Assembly (NCBI RefSeq): GCF_048593235.1
Contig: NC_133622.1
Span: 237,243,198-237,307,197 of the forward strand
Direction of reading: 5' to 3'
Length of the DNA: 64,000 nucleotides
Source: Sminthopsis crassicaudata
Lineage: Eukaryota
Shown here: piece by piece, positions 47,800 through 61,615 of the stretch
How the letters are laid out: every line of letters starts with the position of its first letter
Position numbering within the stretch: position 1 is the first letter of the stretch
Translations under genes and position numbers: made by a program
Notes under the pieces: model-generated
The model's database searches: none
What the model was told of the DNA's origin: nothing
What the model saw: only the letters and a program-made list of their open reading frames with translations

Positions 47800-50700
47800 C
47801 AAAATACTTTTCTGTTTTGTTGTTTTTTTTTTACTTTTTATTTTAAACACATTGCTTCATGAATGATGTTGGAAAGAAAAATTAGACCAATATGGAAGAA
47901 AACCATGAAAGAGATAAAAAACAAAACAAAACAACAGAAAAAACAATTGAACTTAATTTGTGCTGATTTACATTTATGTTCCTGGTTTCTTTTCTGGGTT
48001 CAGATGGCATTTTCTGAATTGCTTTGAATCATTGAACTACTGAGAACACCCAAGTTTTTCATAGTGGATCTTTGCACATTCTTGGGGATATTGTACATAA
48101 TGTACTCTTGGTTCTGCTTGTTCCACTCAGTATTAGTTTGTGTAAGTCCTTTTAGGCTTTCTAACATTAGCTTTTTCATTACTTTGTATAGAATAATAAT
48201 ATTTCATTACTTACATGTATTATAAGTTGCCCAGTGATTTCTGAATGGATAGGTTTCTACTCATTTTNNNNNNNNNNNNNNNNNNNNNNNNNNNNNNNNN
48301 NNNNNNNNNNNNNNNNNNNNNNNNNNNNNNNNNNNNNNNNNNNNNNNNNNNNNNNNNNNNNNNNNNNNNNNNNNNNNNNNNNNNNNNNNNNNNNNNNNNN
48401 NNNNNNNNNNNNNNNNNNNNNNNNTTTTGCATGTGTGGATCCTCTCCTCTCCTTTATGATTTCCTTGGAGTACTTATCTAATAATGGAACTACTGAGTGA
48501 AAGGGTATGCCCATTGTTATATCCCTTTGGGCATAGTTCCAAACAGCTCTCCAAAATGGTTGAATCACTTCATAACTCCACCAACAATTCATTAGTGATC
48601 CAGTTTTCCTATATCCCCTCCAACACTTATCATTATCTTTTTCTGTTATCTTAGTCAACCTGAGAGGTATGAGGATGTACTTTGGAGTTGTTTTCCTTTG
48701 CATTTTAGAAAAAAAATAATAAATAATAAATTAATACTGTCTTTTTTCATATAAGTATAGAGGGCTTTAATTTTGTCATTTGAAAATTGTCTATTCATAT
48801 CCTTTGACCATTTTTCCATTGTGGAATGACTTTTATTCTGAAAAATTCTGAAAAAAAATTAGCCCTTTTCAGAAACAGTAGCTATTAAGTATTTAGTTAC
48901 CTTTTAATTTTGTTTCTGTTCAGTTTTGTTGGTGCATTTTTTTAACATCATATAAACAAAGTTGTCCATTTAGTCTTTAATAATGTCTTCTATTTCTTTA
49001 TTCATAAATTTGGCCCTTTCTTCAAAGATCTAATAGGTAAAATTTCCCTTGTTCTCCTAATTTGTTTAAGGTATTATCCTTTATGATGTAACCACGTACC
49101 CATTTTGACCTAATTTTGGTGTGGGGTATGCAGTTATAGGTCTATGCTGAGTTACTGACATATTATTTTCCAGTTTTTCCAGCAATTTTTGTCAAATAGT
49201 GAGTTCTCATTATAAAAACTGGAGTTTGGAAGTTTATTAAACACTAGATTCCTATAGGCTTTTATTATTGTGTCGTGTCTATATAATCTCTACCTTTTAT
49301 CCAACACTATATTTCTTAGCCACTACCAAAAGGTTTTGATGTTGTTGCTGTATGACATGATTTTAGGTTTGGTTCTGCTAAGCTACCATCCTTCATATAT
49401 TTTTTTCATTAATTTAAAATACTTGACTTTTTGCTCTTCCAGATGAACTTTGTTACTGTTTTTTTCTATTTGGAAAAGAATGTTTTGCCAGTTTGATGGA
49501 TATTGTAGTGAAGAAGTAAATTAATTTAGGTACATTTGTCATTTGTATCATATTAGCTCAGCTCACTAATGAGCTATTTATATTTTTCCAGTTTTTTGGT
49601 TCTGACTTTACTTGTATGAAAATAATTTTCTAATTATATTCATTTAGTTCTTAGTTTGTATTGACAGGTAGACACCCATATGTCTTATTTTGTGAATATC
49701 AATTTCAAATGGAATTTCTCTTCTATCTCTAGCTGCTAGTCTTTGTCAGTAATATATAGAAAAGCTGATGATTTGTGTGTTTATTTTATAGCCTGCAACT
49801 CTGCTAAAGCTGTGAATTGTTTCCTTTAGGTTTTTGGATGCTGATATAGGATTTCAAACAAAAAATTTACCTATTTTGTTGATTTTTTAAAAATAAAATA
49901 AAGTTTTAGTTTCATTTATTAGTTCTATAGTTTGCTTAATTTTAGTTTTATTAATTTAGCCTTGGAGTTTCAGAATTTCTAATTTGTTATTTAATTGAGG
50001 GGTTTTAACTTGTTCTTTTTCTAGAGTTTTTAGTTGCATGACCAATTCTTTGATCTCTTTATATTTTATTACTAATTATTAATATAAAATTTCACCTAAA
50101 AATTGTTTTAGCTGTAACCCATAGTTTTTGGTATGTTGTCGTATTATTGTCATTGTATTGGAGGAAACTGAGGATTGTTTCTGCGATTTATTGAGTAACC
50201 CATTATTATTAGAATTAGATTATTAACTTTCCAATTGGTTTTTAATCTACCTTTCTCTTCCCCTTTATTGAACATAATTTTTATTGTGTTGTGGTCAGAA
50301 AAGCAAACATTTTCTATTTCTTCCTTTTGAGGTTTATATGTCCTAATATAGGGGGTATCGTGGACCTAATACATGGTCCATTTTTTGTAGGTGCCATTTC
50401 GTGCCAAGAAAAAAACGTGAATTCCTTTTATGACTCTATTCAATTTTTGTCTATAGGTATATCATATCTAGGTTTTATAGCACCCTATTAATGTGCCTGG
50501 TTTCTTTCTTATTGTTTATTTTGTGGTTAGATTTGTATGATTCTGAGAGGGGAAGTTTGAGGTTTCCCAGAAATATACTTTTGTTATCTATTTCTCCATG
50601 TAATATCTACTCTAGATATCTGAATGCTCTACCACTTGGTGCTATACATTTAATATCATGAATTCTTCATTGTTTCATGAATCATTTATAAAAATGTGCT

Positions 50701-51107
50701 TTCCTTTCTTATCTTTTTTAGTTATTTCTATTTTTATTTTTTTTTCTTTATCTGAGATCAGAGTTCCTAGTGCTGCTTTTTTATTTTTTTTACTTCTGTT
50801 GAAGTACAATAATAAATTCTATTTTATCCTTTTAGCTTTTCTCTGTATCTCTGTCAAATTTGTTTCTTCCAATGTGTTTTTTTTTGTAAACCATGTTTTA
50901 GCATTCTCTTTTTTAATCCACTCTAGTGTATCTTCAGTTTTATGAGAAAATTAATCCCATTCACATTCACAGTTATGATTACTGGCTCTGTATTTCCCTT
51001 CATCCTATTTTTGTTTCTCTATATAGCGTTTTTCTTTGGACCCTGTCCTTAGTAGCATTTTTGGAACCATCACATCCCTCCCTTATCTCCTATCACCCTC
51101 CCAATTA

Positions 51108-51143
<36 letters not shown>

Positions 51144-51290
51144 ACCTAATCCCACCTTTTATTTTTTCTTGTATTATTCTCCTTTTCTCTTCTCCTTTTT
51201 TTTTTAACTATTGCTTCTACCCTCTCTTTAATGAAATCCCCTTTTCTTCCTTCTTTCTGCTCCTTCTTTATAGGATTAGATAAATTTCTA
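47800..51290 (-). mobile_element. Old degenerate LINE-1, unit 5
   Basis: ORF 48257-48703 (KTTPKYILIPLRL..DKCWRG..CWWSYEVIQPFWRAVWNYAQR) is typical L1 ORF2 C-terminus. Confidence 0.88.
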
Positions 51291-51809
51291 TATCCAAGTG
51301 AATGAGTAAGTTATTCCCTCTTAGAACTAAAAGTGATAAGATCAAGTTTTAGACAATACTCATCCTTTCCCTGTTTTCCACTGATTGTAATAAGTCTTTT
51401 GTGCTTCTTCATGTGATCAAATTTATCCCATCACACCTCCCCTGTCCTCTTTTACTACAGACCTTTTCCATCCTTTAATATCTTTCTTTGATGTTGTCAC
51501 ATCAGAATCCATTCAGAAGTATACCTTCTATACATGTGATGTCCCCCACTGTCTGCTCTAGGAATAGATACAGTTCTCAAGAGTAACATATCCCATTTTC
51601 TTACCTAGGGATGTAAATAGTTTAACATTTCAATTATTGACTTATATATATGTGTGTGTGTTTGTGTGTTTGTGTGCTTAGTGCTTAATTATTCCCCGAA
51701 AGCTCAGAAATCATTCTGGAATTGGAGATATGAAAAGATATGCCAAATATGTATTAACTTATTTATTTTTTGATTTTAAATTTTCCAAATACATATAAAG
51801 ATAGTTTCC

Positions 51810-52309
51810 TTTTTAATTTTTTTTTATTTATTTAGCTTTTTATTTACAAAATTTATGCATGGATAACTTTTTTCAGCATTGACAGTTTCCAGAAGCCTTT
51901 TTTGTTCCAATTTTCCCTTTCCTTCCCACCACCCTTTCCCCCACATGGCAGGTGCACCAATATATGTTAAATATGTTAAAGTATATTTTAAATACAATAT
52001 ATGTATACATGTCCATATATGTATTGTTGTGCTGTACAAGAAGATTCAAACTTTGAAATGATGTACAATTAACCTTTGAAGGAAATAAAAAATGCAAGTG
52101 GAGAAAAAGAAAATTATTGCAAATGCTATGTAGTGGTTCACATTCATTTCCCAGAGTTTTGTTGCTGGATATATCTGGTTCTGTTCATTATTGAACAAAT
52201 GGAACTGATTTGGTTCATCTCGTTGTTCAAGCGGGCCACATCCATCAGAATTGATCATCATATAGTATTGTTGTTGAAGTAGATAATGATCTCCTGGTCC
52301 TGCTCATTT
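51810..52309 (-). mobile_element. LINE-1 3'-end fragment flanked by ~535/565-bp direct repeats
   Basis: T-rich tail at 51810; reverse complement resembles the 14413 element, and the inner end matches the young L1 at ~34500-34555. Confidence 0.82.
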
Positions 52310-54850
52310 ATATATTCAGATAATTTAATCATTCAATTGCATATAGAAATTTATTCCCTCTTAAAATCAAAAGTGATGAGATCAAGCTTCAGACAATCCT
52401 CATCCCCTTCCCTCTTTTCCTTTGGTTCTAATAGGTATTTTGTCCCTCTTCATGTGATCTGATTTGCCCCATTACACCTCCCTTGTCCTAATTTAGTTCA
52501 GGCATTTTCTAATATCTTTCTTTGATGTTGTCACATCAGAGTCCATTCAGAATTATACCTTCTGTACATAAGATGTCCACCACTGTCTGCTCTAGGAATA
52601 GATACAGTTCTCAAGAGTCATATATTATTTTTTATCTAGGGATGTAAATAGTTTAACTATTAAATTATTGTTTTATATATATGCATATATAAATTGTGTG
52701 TGTGTGTGTGTGTGTGTATGTGTGTGTATGTGTGTCTTCGTGTGGTTAGTGGTTATCATTTCCCTAAAGTTCAGAAATCATATTAGAACTGGAGATGTGG
52801 AGAGATATACCAAATACGTACTAACAATTTTTTTTTAATTTTCTATTTTCCAAATACATGTAGAGATAGTTTTCAACATTCATTTTTAGAAGTTTTGGTG
52901 TTCCAATTTTTTTTCCTTTCCTCCCCAAGAGAGCAACTAATTTTTTACAGGTTTGTATATGTACAATAATTTTAAACATGTTTCCATGAGAAAGAAAATC
53001 AGAGCAAAAGAGAAAAACTATGTGAAACAAAACAAAAGAAAAACATTAAAATAGGATACTTCAATCCTCATTCAGTCTTTATAGTTCTTCCTCTGATTGC
53101 AGATGGAATTTTCCATCCAAAATTTTTTTTTGCAAACGTCTTGGATTATTCTATTGTTGAGAAGAGTCACGTCCATCACAATTCTCCATCACTTAATGTT
53201 TCTTTTGCTGTGTTCAAAGTTTTCAGGATTCTGCTGGTTTTATTAAGCATCATTTCATCTAAATCTTTTCAAGATTATCTGAAATTATTCTAATCACCAT
53301 TTGTTATAAACAATAGCATTCCATTATCTTCATATATTATCATTTATTCAGCCATTCCCCAATTCATGGGTACATCTTGCTGTATTTCTGTCCTCTCTTT
53401 TTACATCTCTTTCTTTTTTATTATAGCCTTTTATTTTCAAAATATATGCATGGATAATTTTCAGCATTCTCCCCTACAAAACCTTGAGTTCAAATATTTT
53501 CCCTCCTTCCCCTCTCTCCCCGAGTTGGTAAGTGATCCAATATATGCTAAACATGGACAATTTTTCTACACATATTTCCACAAATATGATGCTGTACAAG
53601 AAAAATCAGATCCAAAAGAAAAAAAAATTCTAGCTCATTTTCTTAAATGGGGTTGAATATTTTCAGCTATTTAAAAACCTTAGCCACAATGATCGTTTGG
53701 CTGATACCCAGTAAATGTGAAATAAAACATTTTCCTGCAACTTCCAGGGATAGATCCTTGAACAATTGACTCCACACAGGATGGCTTCTTTCACTTTGGT
53801 AAAAATCATGATTATTTCTGATTGCCATTTTGATCACATGGCTTTGCACAATATTTAGGTTTGGGTAACTTTCTTTGCACAAGTTAACATCTCTGAACTG
53901 GGAATTCCTAGAATTTTTTTCTGAGATTTTCAGAATTCTTACAATCTTTATACACTATTGCATGGCCATCTTTTCTTCACCTGTGAAAATATACAACCTT
54001 TGAAGACATAGCAACATTGAGTCTTGGGAACATATCACTTTGTTCAAGAACTATGCTTACAAAGGGAAAAGACATTTGTCATTTCTAATCATCTCAGCAG
54101 CATACATTTACTTAGAACTGTGAATTTGTCCTCCATTCCTCCTCCTCCATCTCTTCATCCATCCTTTTCCCCAAGTTTGCTTTCTGTATTATCATGTGCT
54201 CATGAAAAGAGCTGGATGAAATTGAGATACCATGATGACTGAGTTTAATGCAAATTTTTATTCTGTTATCTCAGCTGAAGCCTTCAAAATTGAAAGGCAA
54301 ATATTTCATGCTTTCTGAATCCACTTACTCTATATTCTCACCAATGCCTGTGAGTAATCTTTTAGAATTTTCTGAAATGTCTCAAACAACCAAATTCTCC
54401 TATCTTCCTAGTCAAGCATCTTAGTGCTTTAAAAATGGAGGCCATTTGTGGAGAGTGTCTTTTCACTACCTCCTCTAATCTAATCTGATTTTATTCATAC
54501 TTTGTCCATTATATTCTCTCTCTTCACTCCAGTTCTCTTTTAAAATTTTATTTATTTGAAAATTAAATTCTAAATAAAAAGAAAAATATAGAAAAAAACC
54601 CAATACATTTTCATGGGCATAGAAGACTATTAGAGAAGATTCAGAATATGAAACAATAAGTTTCCTTTCGAAGGAAATATGTAACAAATACTTTATATTA
54701 TGTTTAGATTTATTCATTTTTCCTTTGCTTCCTTGTAAGTTTTCTTTGTTCTCTGCTGTGCACCTTTTGAATTACTCCATTTTCCCTTCTTCCCCCTGCC
54801 TTCTGAAGACTTCAATGAAATGTAGACATGTTTATATATACATCTGCTAC

Positions 54851-54885
<35 letters not shown>

Positions 54886-57617
54886 TATAGATATCTATAA
54901 TAATCACATATAGAATATATACATCCATATTCATCAATATGAGTCAGTTCTATGCTTGTTTGTTCTCTTTTTTAATGTTGGGTCATATCCTTCATAAATA
55001 GAAGTCTTTGCATATTTTCCTAAATCCACCAATTCATCATCATTTTCTACATCATAGCTATATTTCAAAACATTCCAATGTAGTTATTTTAAATAATCTA
55101 AAGCAATACTGAGCAATCATTTAGAGCAGTTCTTTGAATTTTCTTTTTCCATAAATCGATTTTTGCTTTAACTTTGAGATCAATGATCATTTACCCTTGT
55201 TTTTTCCTAATAAATTGTACTCAATCATTATTTTTGTTTTTGTTCCTCTCCAAATTCCTCTCCGTTTATCTTCTATCTTGATTTGTTATATGTTATCTTA
55301 TCCCACTCACCTTTTCCCGTGGTCTTGATCCAATTTCTGTTAATCTACACATCCATCTATAATATTTCAATTAGTGTTACTATATTCCCTCTGCTACATA
55401 AATTTATAAAAAAATAATTATACCTTTTAGACTCCTACACCTACACACACACAAACATATGATGTATTCTTTCTTTAACCTATTCCTTCTGGGAATGTAG
55501 CAGCCCTCCTCTTATCTATTGACTCAGTAATATTTCTTCTAGCACCTCTTTCATATGACATAAGTACTTTAAAAAAAACCTTTTTCCTAAATTGCTTTTT
55601 AGAAACACATCATATGGAAACCTCTCTTCAAGCTTAACTCCTTTCTAAGAAGCCATGTGTATGTTTGCATGAATGTGTGTATTTATAGGTATATACATAT
55701 ATGTGTGCATATGTATGTACATACGCCTGTATGCATATATGTATGCCTGTACCCAATATGGGAAATTTGCTTTGATCACCTATATATTTTTTATAATTGG
55801 TCTTATTCGTCTTAGCTCTTAGTTCAAGTATGAATGGATTGGAATGGGTAGATGGGAAGCTAGATTATGGCCAATTAAAGTAAAGAAAATATTTTCTAAG
55901 TTCAAAAGTGGTACTTGAAGAATATATCAGTCTTATTTCATGAGTTTCATCTAGTTCCTCGATTGCCTCTTTGGGGCATAATAAGATTTTGTGGAAATTA
56001 CACAATATTTGGGCTTTCTATTGTCATTTTTTTATCACCAGGTTCTGAGACAGCATGAATCTTATGTTAACTTTTTCCATCCTCTATCCTGTCAGTGTCT
56101 CCATACTCAGGAGAGACCTAAATGTGGTGATCATTTTTAGGTGATGGATGATGAATATTCCATGAGAACTGGGGGCCTTTCCCTGTACAATTATTCCCCT
56201 TTGCAAGTCTGGCTTATTTATTATTATTATTATTATTTTTTTTTTTTTGCTCTGGTTCTTAAGCATTGAAGTTTTTTGTTAATGCAAAATATCTAGCTGG
56301 ATAATCCAAGAACTGGTACTAAAATATTGAAGATCCTTATTTCCTATGATTAGGGACCCCAAAACTTTAGACTTTGTCAGGAAGTAATTTTTAAATTCAT
56401 TGGATGGTAATATAACAAGGGATATCTCAATATACAGCAGTTTTACCACTGAACTTCTCAGCCAGTCACTCTCCTGATTTGTTGGCTCCTTTCTAGCCAG
56501 GAAATGTTAAGGAGATGGCCCTTCCCTCCTCCCCAAGTAGAAAGAATGGGTTGTTTATCACAGATTTCTGGATTGTCAGGAGTCTCAGTGACCGAATCTT
56601 TGCCATATATACAACAAAACAAAGAAAATTCAAAATATGAAACAATTAATATAATTTGAAGAAAGCTTATATAATAAACACTATGTATTATATTCAGAGG
56701 GGATCATCTTTTCTTTGCTACCTTGAGGGTTTTTCTTCTCTCTGGTCATTTTAAATTTTCTTCTTCTCTCCCAGTTTTCCTACCCTCCATGTCCCCCAAG
56801 CGATCTACAATTAAGCAAAGATATATTCCTATATATACACACACACATACATGCATATATATAGACACATACAGGTACACATCCATATGAATAGATCCCT
56901 ATATTCATAGACATAAAGGCATTTGTAGACATTTCTGTAATGTCATTCTAAGCTTGTTCATCCTGTTTCTCAGAACACGGTTAATATCATCCTTTATAAA
57001 TCCAACACTTTCCATATTTTTCTAAATCTACCAAGACATCATTTTGCTACAACTTAGCCTCATATTATCTAACTATTTTAATCAAGCTAAAACAATATTG
57101 GTCAATATAGTTGACCTATAGCACAATTTTCTGATTTTTCTCTTTTGAATAAACTTTAGCTTTATCTGTGACTGAAATTAATGCTTAATATCCTCACTTT
57201 TTAGTAATAAATTCTGCTGATCATTATTACGTTTGTTTGCATCTCTTATTTTTTTCACTGCTGACTCCTCTGCTTACCAGCTATTTTGCCTTATTACTTG
57301 AAAAATCTCCCTTTCAAGGTTCATTCCCTTTTCCTCTTACCCTTACTCTGTTCCTCATTCTTAATCCAATTTGCAAAGACTACATACTTTATACAATTTC
57401 TGTAAATCTACTTATCCTTCTATGTCCTCCATCTTATTCCATGCTCCTCTTATTTCTTCATCAATTTAAATCCTTTTTATATTCTTTTGGATATATTTTG
57501 TTCCATCTAACCCATTCTTTGGTGAATAGAATTCCAGTACTACTTGCTCGCTTCCCATATGAATTCCCCTAATTCCTCTAGGCCAGAGGAGTTTACAATG
57601 CATACTGGCCAAACATC

Positions 57618-57648
<31 letters not shown>

Positions 57649-57878
57649 TTTTTCTTTTTTTTCCCCCAATCTACTCTAGTTGTGAGGAGGCCATGGTGCT
57701 GCCACCAGTCTTATATGTTTTTTTTATGCTCTACATTTACTAGCTGTTCTAGTTGTGGAAGAAATCAGGAGAACTTGGAACTTTTTGAACTACTATGGCA
57801 TCTTCCCAGAATCCTCTGTACATATTGTGTATGGATAGGCATTACAAGATAAGGGAGATTCAGTAACTTTTCAAACTA

Positions 57879-58775
57879 TTAACAAGCACAGGAATTGGGC
57901 ATCTGCTTATTAATGCTGACCAGAATAAATGGGCTGACTGTTGGATAACAAAGAGAGAGAAGCGCTGAGGTATGTATCATCCACATGTTTATGGATTTAA
58001 AATACAACATACAGAAAATACAAATGGGACTGAATGTATTAAAGAAAAAAAAGGTGGTGACTAGAAGCAGGATAGCTTGGGTTGCCCTACTTTCAGGGGA
58101 TATTTTTGTGGAGGGGCTAGTACTATGTATATAATTGACATTTCTCTTGTGTCTGTATAGGGTTATGACCATGTGGACACTAGAAGCAGTCATGAGGCAT
58201 GCAAAGAAAGTATCATGAACACATGCTATAATTTCAAATTTTATATGATTATTATTATGTACATCTAGAGCTCTATACCCAGTGCTGCATCCGTCTTTAC
58301 TGACTGTGCTGTTATTTGGACCATCATGGCGTAGAAATATAAGCATATTGAATATTAGATTGAAGATCCAGCATAGAACAATGCATCTAATAATGCTCTT
58401 TGTTGCTTTAAATTTTAGCTGTGACCACATGGAGTTGTTGGGACTAATAGTAATGGCCTGGAAGAAACTCAAGAGACTGGTGGTAATTAATGAGAGACCC
58501 CGAGTTACTGTCTGCATGTAGGTTATGATTTTAATCCCAGTCCTGTCCAGGACACATTTTACCTTCCAAAGCCTTGTGATGGTAGATATTCCTCTAAAGA
58601 GAAGTACCATGACATTGGAAAAGGCCAACTGGATGATAAGTACATTTTTAGGTCTTACTGTATGAGCAGTCAGGAAATTAAAGCTGTTTAGGATGAGGAG
58701 AGTTAAGTTCCCCAGGAATCCAATTCCAGTTAGTTGCAGGTATACTATCCCCAGAATTTCATCCAAGGTCAGCAT
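57879..58775 (-). CDS. VN1R: Vomeronasal type-1 receptor (V1R), copy 5, 298 aa, most divergent
   Basis: Same V1R motifs (RGLSLITTSLLSFFQAITISP, LYRHKRNVNYIH, SPESRATQ); clearly more diverged from copies 1-4. Confidence 0.97.
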   Translation of the reverse strand: MLTLDEILGIVYLQLTGIGFLGNLTLLILNSFNFLTAHTVRPKNVLIIQLAFSNVMVLLFRGISTITRLWKVKCVLDRTGIKIITYMQTVTRGLSLITTSLLSFFQAITISPNNSMWSQLKFKATKSIIRCIVLCWIFNLIFNMLIFLRHDGPNNSTVSKDGCSTGYRALDVHNNNHIKFEIIACVHDTFFACLMTASSVHMVITLYRHKRNVNYIHSTSPSTKISPESRATQAILLLVTTFFFFNTFSPICIFCMLYFKSINMWMIHTSALLSLCYPTVSPFILVSINKQMPNSCAC

Positions 58776-59009
58776 TCTTTACCTCATGAAGATGATTTGC
58801 TGCCAGTCTCAAGGAGACCTATGGGTAAAAACATGAAAATATGCTTGTTACATACTATGATTTTTCCACTGAAATTCCATGCTTTCCACTATCATGAGGA
58901 ACAACAAAGTTTCTCTGACAGGGGCTAATGATTTACTATTGAACTTCAAAATTCCCTTCTTAGTTGAAAATCTTCTTTCATTCTGTCTTTCTATATGCCT
59001 GAAAATTTC

Positions 59010-59195
59010 TGTAATACAGTGTTGACCATAGTGTCAAGAAGATCTGAGTTCAGATGTATTTTCTCACACTAGTTCTGCGATCCTTCATTAGTCATACTTC
59101 ATTCAAAAGTAAATTACAAACCAGTCCAGTATCTTTCCCAAGAAAACCCCACAAAGTCACACATATGTGGATGTAACTAAGTGATGAAAGCAACA
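59010..59195 (+). mobile_element. Degenerate Mar1-like SINE (tRNA head plus RTE-type tail)
   Basis: gtcaagaagatctgagttcagat resembles the SINE head with B box; aaaccagtccagtatctttcccaagaaaacccca matches the RTE/Bov-B-like Mar1 3' tail. Confidence 0.65.
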
Positions 59196-59479
59196 TGAAA
59201 CATGATCTCTGAACTTGTTTCTTGTTCACAGTGACCTTCCTTCCTATCCCCCCTTTTTTTCTCAGATATTCATCCTTATGGCAGATAAAGGCTTTTTTTT
59301 TCTTCATATTACAAGTAAAAGTCCATATCCGGGAAATTAAATTCTACTTTATCAACTATTTTTGTGTCCCTTCTACATTTATTCCTGTGACTTCTATAAT
59401 CTCCAGTATTGCTCCTGTTCATGTGTCTCAGAAGAACCTCATAGGAAATACAAAAAATTTCCTAAATAAATCCATCTCC

Positions 59480-61615
59480 AAATTTTGATATTTAATCCCA
59501 CTCAGAATCTAGTTTACAACAATATCAATTTTGTATTTTAAAATCCTTCAACTGGTAGCTTACTCTCAAACTACTTTAAGTAATCTTCACATCTCTTCTT
59601 GTGTCTCATAGCATCAAATCCTTCGATCTTCTTAGTTGGAGACTTTGTATCATAACTCTTCTTGGTTATATTAATTTAATTTGTCCACCTTCTCCTCTTT
59701 GATGAAGTTATTCAACTCCACTGTTTTCATATCTATGATCCCTTGAGTTATTATTTTATCACGGCTTTTTTCCTAGAAACCTCAGTCATCACTTATTCTC
59801 ATCAGCTTCTGCATTTGATCCTACTGACGTTTCTCTCAATGAATTTTTGAGAAAACTTGTTGACTGAAGTTACTGCAAATTAACCTCCATTGTGGAGACT
59901 TCATCCCTACAACAAAGACAATATTTTCATCATCCATAATTGACTATTCACTTTTCTAGGAAGTCCCAAGGCTTTCTAATGACTACCCTCTCAGATACAA
60001 ATCTTGGGCTTTATATCACTGAAACTCCATTAGAGATATTCATTCCCCCCTTACTTGTGTCCCTTATATCCTTAACTTTCCTTCTCCAAACTATCACCCC
60101 TTTCATTTTTCTCTTTTATAAATGGGGCTTTTTCCTTGGCAGTTCCTCTATATATAACCATGATGATATTATGTGCCATCTTTCCCAGAATATTATTCCC
60201 TCGAAAATGCTCATTTTCAATTATTTTCCATCATTCCTTATCTACTGGTATTTTATCTGCTGATTACAAATTTGCCTATATCAAATCCATCCTCAAATTA
60301 TCTCTTGATCCAACCATCTTCACTCCCTTTCTTATTATACCTTTTCTTCTTTTTATAACTAAATTCCTTGAGAATATGTTATAGAACTGATGCCTCTTTT
60401 TTCTTCTTCTTGTCTTAACACCCAACAATCTGATTTCTGAGTTTGTATTCAACCAGAACTTTTCTGGACAATTTTATAAATGGTCTCTTAGGTAGTCCCT
60501 CTTATGGCCTCTTCTCAGCCCTCATTCTTTGGCATTTACCTGCATCTTTTGGAACTGTTGATTACCATTTAGTTGATTGTCTTTACTTTCTAGCTTTTTC
60601 ATGGTTATACTCTTGATTACCTTGTTACTAATTAGACTGTTACTTCCTAGTCTCCTTTGCTGGATCTTAGTCTATCTCAGAATCCACCAGGGGTGGTTGA
60701 TGTATGTCTCCCAGTTCTTCTGTATCTTTTTTTTCCTCTATGGTATTTCCTTTGCTGAGATCATTTGCATTCCATGGATAGAAAAATTATCTCCATATTA
60801 ATTATATAATCTACCTGTCTGGACTTATCTTCCCTCCTGACCTCCATTCTCACATACAACTGAATTCCTACATCTGAAAATGACTGTCCCAGAGCAATCT
60901 TAACCTTAATGTTTAAAAAAGCTTAATGCATTATCTTTCTCTCCACAACTTTCGTTTTTTAAACTTCCCTATTCCTTTTAAGGTTGCCAACACCATCCTG
61001 GTTATTTAGGCTTGAAATGTGTCATTTATTCACAAGTTTCCACCCCACTCCTACCCTCATAATCATTTTATTGCCAAATCTCATTCATTTCATATTTATA
61101 TCATGTTTTACATAGACACTTTTCTCTCTGACATTGGAATCACCCTGGTGTGTGTTTTCATTGCCTCATGCCCAAACAAGTGTCATAGACTCTAGATAGT
61201 TTCTCAAAATAAAATCTGCCCCCACTCTAGTTCATTTTATGTTCAACTAAGAGATCTTCCTATCGTGTTAGTCTAGTTTTATCAATACACCTTTTTATTA
61301 AATTACAATTACATCTCATTACATTCAGATTCAGATATAAAATTACTTTGAAATATTCAAAGCCTTTCATAATCTAGCCCCTCCATACATTTCTAGTTTT
61401 CTTAAAACATATTCCCTACTATATAGACTGAGATCCAGGGAAAAGGCTTTCTTCTACTTCCTTAAACAAGAACCTAAATCTTTGTTTGATAAAAATTTTT
61501 GCTTAATATTTCACAAACCTGGGATGTTTTTCATCTTCTTTTCTGACTTCTCTGCCTCTCTCTGGCTTCTTGCAAACTTCAATTAAAATCATATCTTTTT
61601 TCAAGAAACATCTCC
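59480..61615 (+). mobile_element. Ancient LINE-2 (L2) remnant
   Basis: ~60410-60570 decodes as a decayed L2 RT segment (GLFSALIL..LPASFGTVDY vs LDLSAAFDTVDH); further L2-like tracts at ~60840-60940 and ~61560-61615. Confidence 0.7.
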
